Of a stretch of 64,000 nt of DNA, positions 61,529 through 64,000 are shown piece after piece (position 1 is the stretch's first letter; each line of letters starts with the position of its first letter). The stretch comes from Ophelia neglecta (Eukaryota): contig OZ260665.1 of NCBI GenBank assembly GCA_965285935.1, positions 34,844,001-34,908,000 of the forward strand, in the 5' to 3' direction. The translations under genes were made by a program, and so were the position numbers. The notes under the pieces are model-generated. The model had not been told where the DNA came from, made no database searches, and saw only the letters and a program-made list of their open reading frames with translations.

Positions 61529-64000
61529 TCACATTGGAATTAAAAATTAGTCCTCTATTTTCTTCCACTGTTGCAGCATATAAGCATCTTTAAGAAGTCC
61601 TGCAATTAATTAACCGTAATTAGAGAGATATTGTGTTGTAGTCGATAATTTGGAAATTAGTCAACAGATATCTCTTGGAAAAAGTACAACATGACTTCTT
61701 AATTTGGGAATCTCTTCGAGCTAGATAAACAACTGGCATGGGATACCCGGCAGTTATAACCGATTAATTGGAACGCTGAGCAGACCTAATACAGACCACT
61801 GTTTCAATGCGATGCGATAATTGAGCATAATTGAACACACACAAAAATAGGTAACAAAAGGTAGATGGCGAATTGTTTTCCCCCAATTTAGACAATGCTC
61901 TCAAAATTAATGTCTGAGCAGGTTTCATTAACATTAGTCCGTGTTCCATTGCTGATTCCACAGCGCATTTTATCTCGAACAATCTAGTGCCATTAATTTG
62001 ATCGATGCAATTATTTGTGCAGTTCAGTCATAACACTTATGAAACTTTGAAATCAAGAAAAAAAATCAGTCAATAATCATACATGCCTTCCATACAACTA
62101 GGTAGATGCACGTCAATTTCTCTGACAACTTGACAAGATTTTTCTATTGCGCAATCAATCAAATTTAGATCACAATGCATCACGGTATTCGGTTTACTTC
62201 CGCTGCGCGGAGTGATAGGGATTCGAGATGGTGCGAGTTGCTATCGGCCAGTCTTCATGCTGTACACTGGTTGATTATAACCTGCTATCAGACTGATAAT
62301 GGAAAAGCTTCCTCCGCATCCAAGGCTGTCATCAGCTATTGTTAACCTATCAGATCAGTAGCCGTTCTCTTTGTCAGGGCACTCAACCTCATTTCAAGCT
62401 CTCTGATTATCGCTTTTGTGAGCAATCTAATAGTAGAAATGGCTTGTCTTTGATCTGTAACAGTGTTTCAATTCAGATTGAGGTTACATGCCACTTTATG
62501 AAAAAATACTTGAACTTCGAATTCAACCTATTAACCTTGTAAATAATACCATGGGCAGAGAGTTTCTGGAAGCCACGTCATCGTTGTCTCGGCTTGTTCG
62601 CCATGCATGAAATTTAGGAATTATGGCTATATTGTTGTTGAGGAGAAATGACATAAACCCACAAGGAACACGCTGTTTGCTATAAAATAAGTGGTGTTAC
62701 AAACCCTCAGTCTGTCTCAAGTACGGAACTCGTCATGTTGCCAGTGGGCTAGATAGATAATAACCTACGAACGCTCAAGAACGGAGCAAGTGCAACTTCT
62801 AAAATCCTCTTCCCATGCTTCTTTAGAGAAGTTGAGGATTATCAGGTCTAGAATAATCCTTGTCTACCCAATTCAAATCTTCCTTGCAATCCCTAATCAT
62901 TGGAAAAAGTTGAGAGGTTGTGTTTAGTGGAATCGAGTCGAGCTGTGTCTATTTTGCATAACAGGGGTTGCATAACGATTACAAGACATTTGAGCCACTT
63001 AAAACTGCTAGGCTTTCAGGGATATGTGACGAATTTCGACTGATGGAATCTAATCCGTGTGCACTGAAATATGCGAAGACTATCCTCTGCCTGAACAAGG
63101 GCTACGAAAAGAAATCAACATAATAGGGAAAAAGGTGGCAGCACAATGTCTTAGAGCATTGTCAATGTACGTGACACGTCCAGCTATACATTAAACGTGA
63201 ATTTATTGCTTAGTAGAAAAATTGATCTGCATAGGCAAATGGTTCTAGTTAAGAAGCAAAAAGTCGTACGCAGCATCCCAGTTTAAACATACTAGTTAAC
63301 TTATTGATATAAGGGCCCTTGCGTAAGAAACAAAATAAAGTCCATTTAGGGTGGTACGTGAATGTTATTTGCATACACCGTTTACATTTTGTAGCAATGC
63401 CCATGACCTGTCAATTTTTATTCATAGTTTATAGAAATTATGGTAACAGGGCACAAAAAAATCTAATCAATTGATTGAATGAAAACCATAAACGGCTCAT
63501 CAAAGCCTTTACCTAATTTCCTCAATAAGGGTTCGATTTCAAAACGCCACTAATGGTTTTACATAACCAGGATATTTCAGACGCTGGTTGACGTCTGATT
63601 TGAAGATGATAAGAATTCACCAATTAACCTGTCAAATGCAGGTCGATTGGTGAACCCTGAAGCAATTGTAGGTAGAGGAGTCACTTAGAAACGTACCATC
63701 TAATAGCGTGTATGCAAGAGCAATTTTTGATGTTAGCGCCATCTGGCGAGAAAAGGAAAACCGTCCTACATGATTGGATACTTTGGTAGGCAAGAATATA
63801 AGGCTGCCATTATTTCCTGCTGCCATGCTCTCTTGTCACTGTCTTTGTGTGCGCAAATCACCGCTGCATTGAGACGGCATGTATGCTTTGTCCGGGGAAG
63901 TGACAAACATATGTATCTCCAACCTGGTGTTTCCTAACCGGGTTCCAAAAGTTCATTTTTAATTCTTATTGTGGCTGAAAACATGCCCGCCTAACATTAC

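Noticed and set aside
42243-64000. Numerous 60-130 aa ORFs upstream of the channel
   Set aside because: No domain motifs, many non-ATG starts, no consistent splice pattern; consistent with random ORFs.

Overview
Eukaryotic, intron-rich animal DNA. It is AT-rich with GT-AG introns; the style of the repeats suggests a mollusc or other lophotrochozoan, which is an inference only. Two genes are well supported. (1) An intronless, diverged cactin gene on + (5102-6820), probably a retrogene. (2) A multi-exon TRPC3/6/7-like cation channel gene on - (41628 down to 9685). I reconstructed it by hand as 15 phase-compatible core exons (3348 nt, 1115 aa) plus at least three frame-preserving cassette exons. 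The most notable element is an 81-nt cassette exon (17542-17622) that would insert a furin-consensus site (RSRVRR|AV) into the extracellular pore turret. Its branch-point/pyrimidine tract is exactly complementary over 15 nt to an intronic site beyond the exon, suggesting an RNA-structure-controlled splice switch that yields a protease-cleavable channel. The window also holds two minisatellites (51-bp and 31-bp units), dispersed repeat remnants, and a probable 5' end of a third gene running off the left edge. About 22 kb upstream of the channel (42-64 kb) shows no recognisable coding sequence. All exon calls are from sequence alone and need transcript support.
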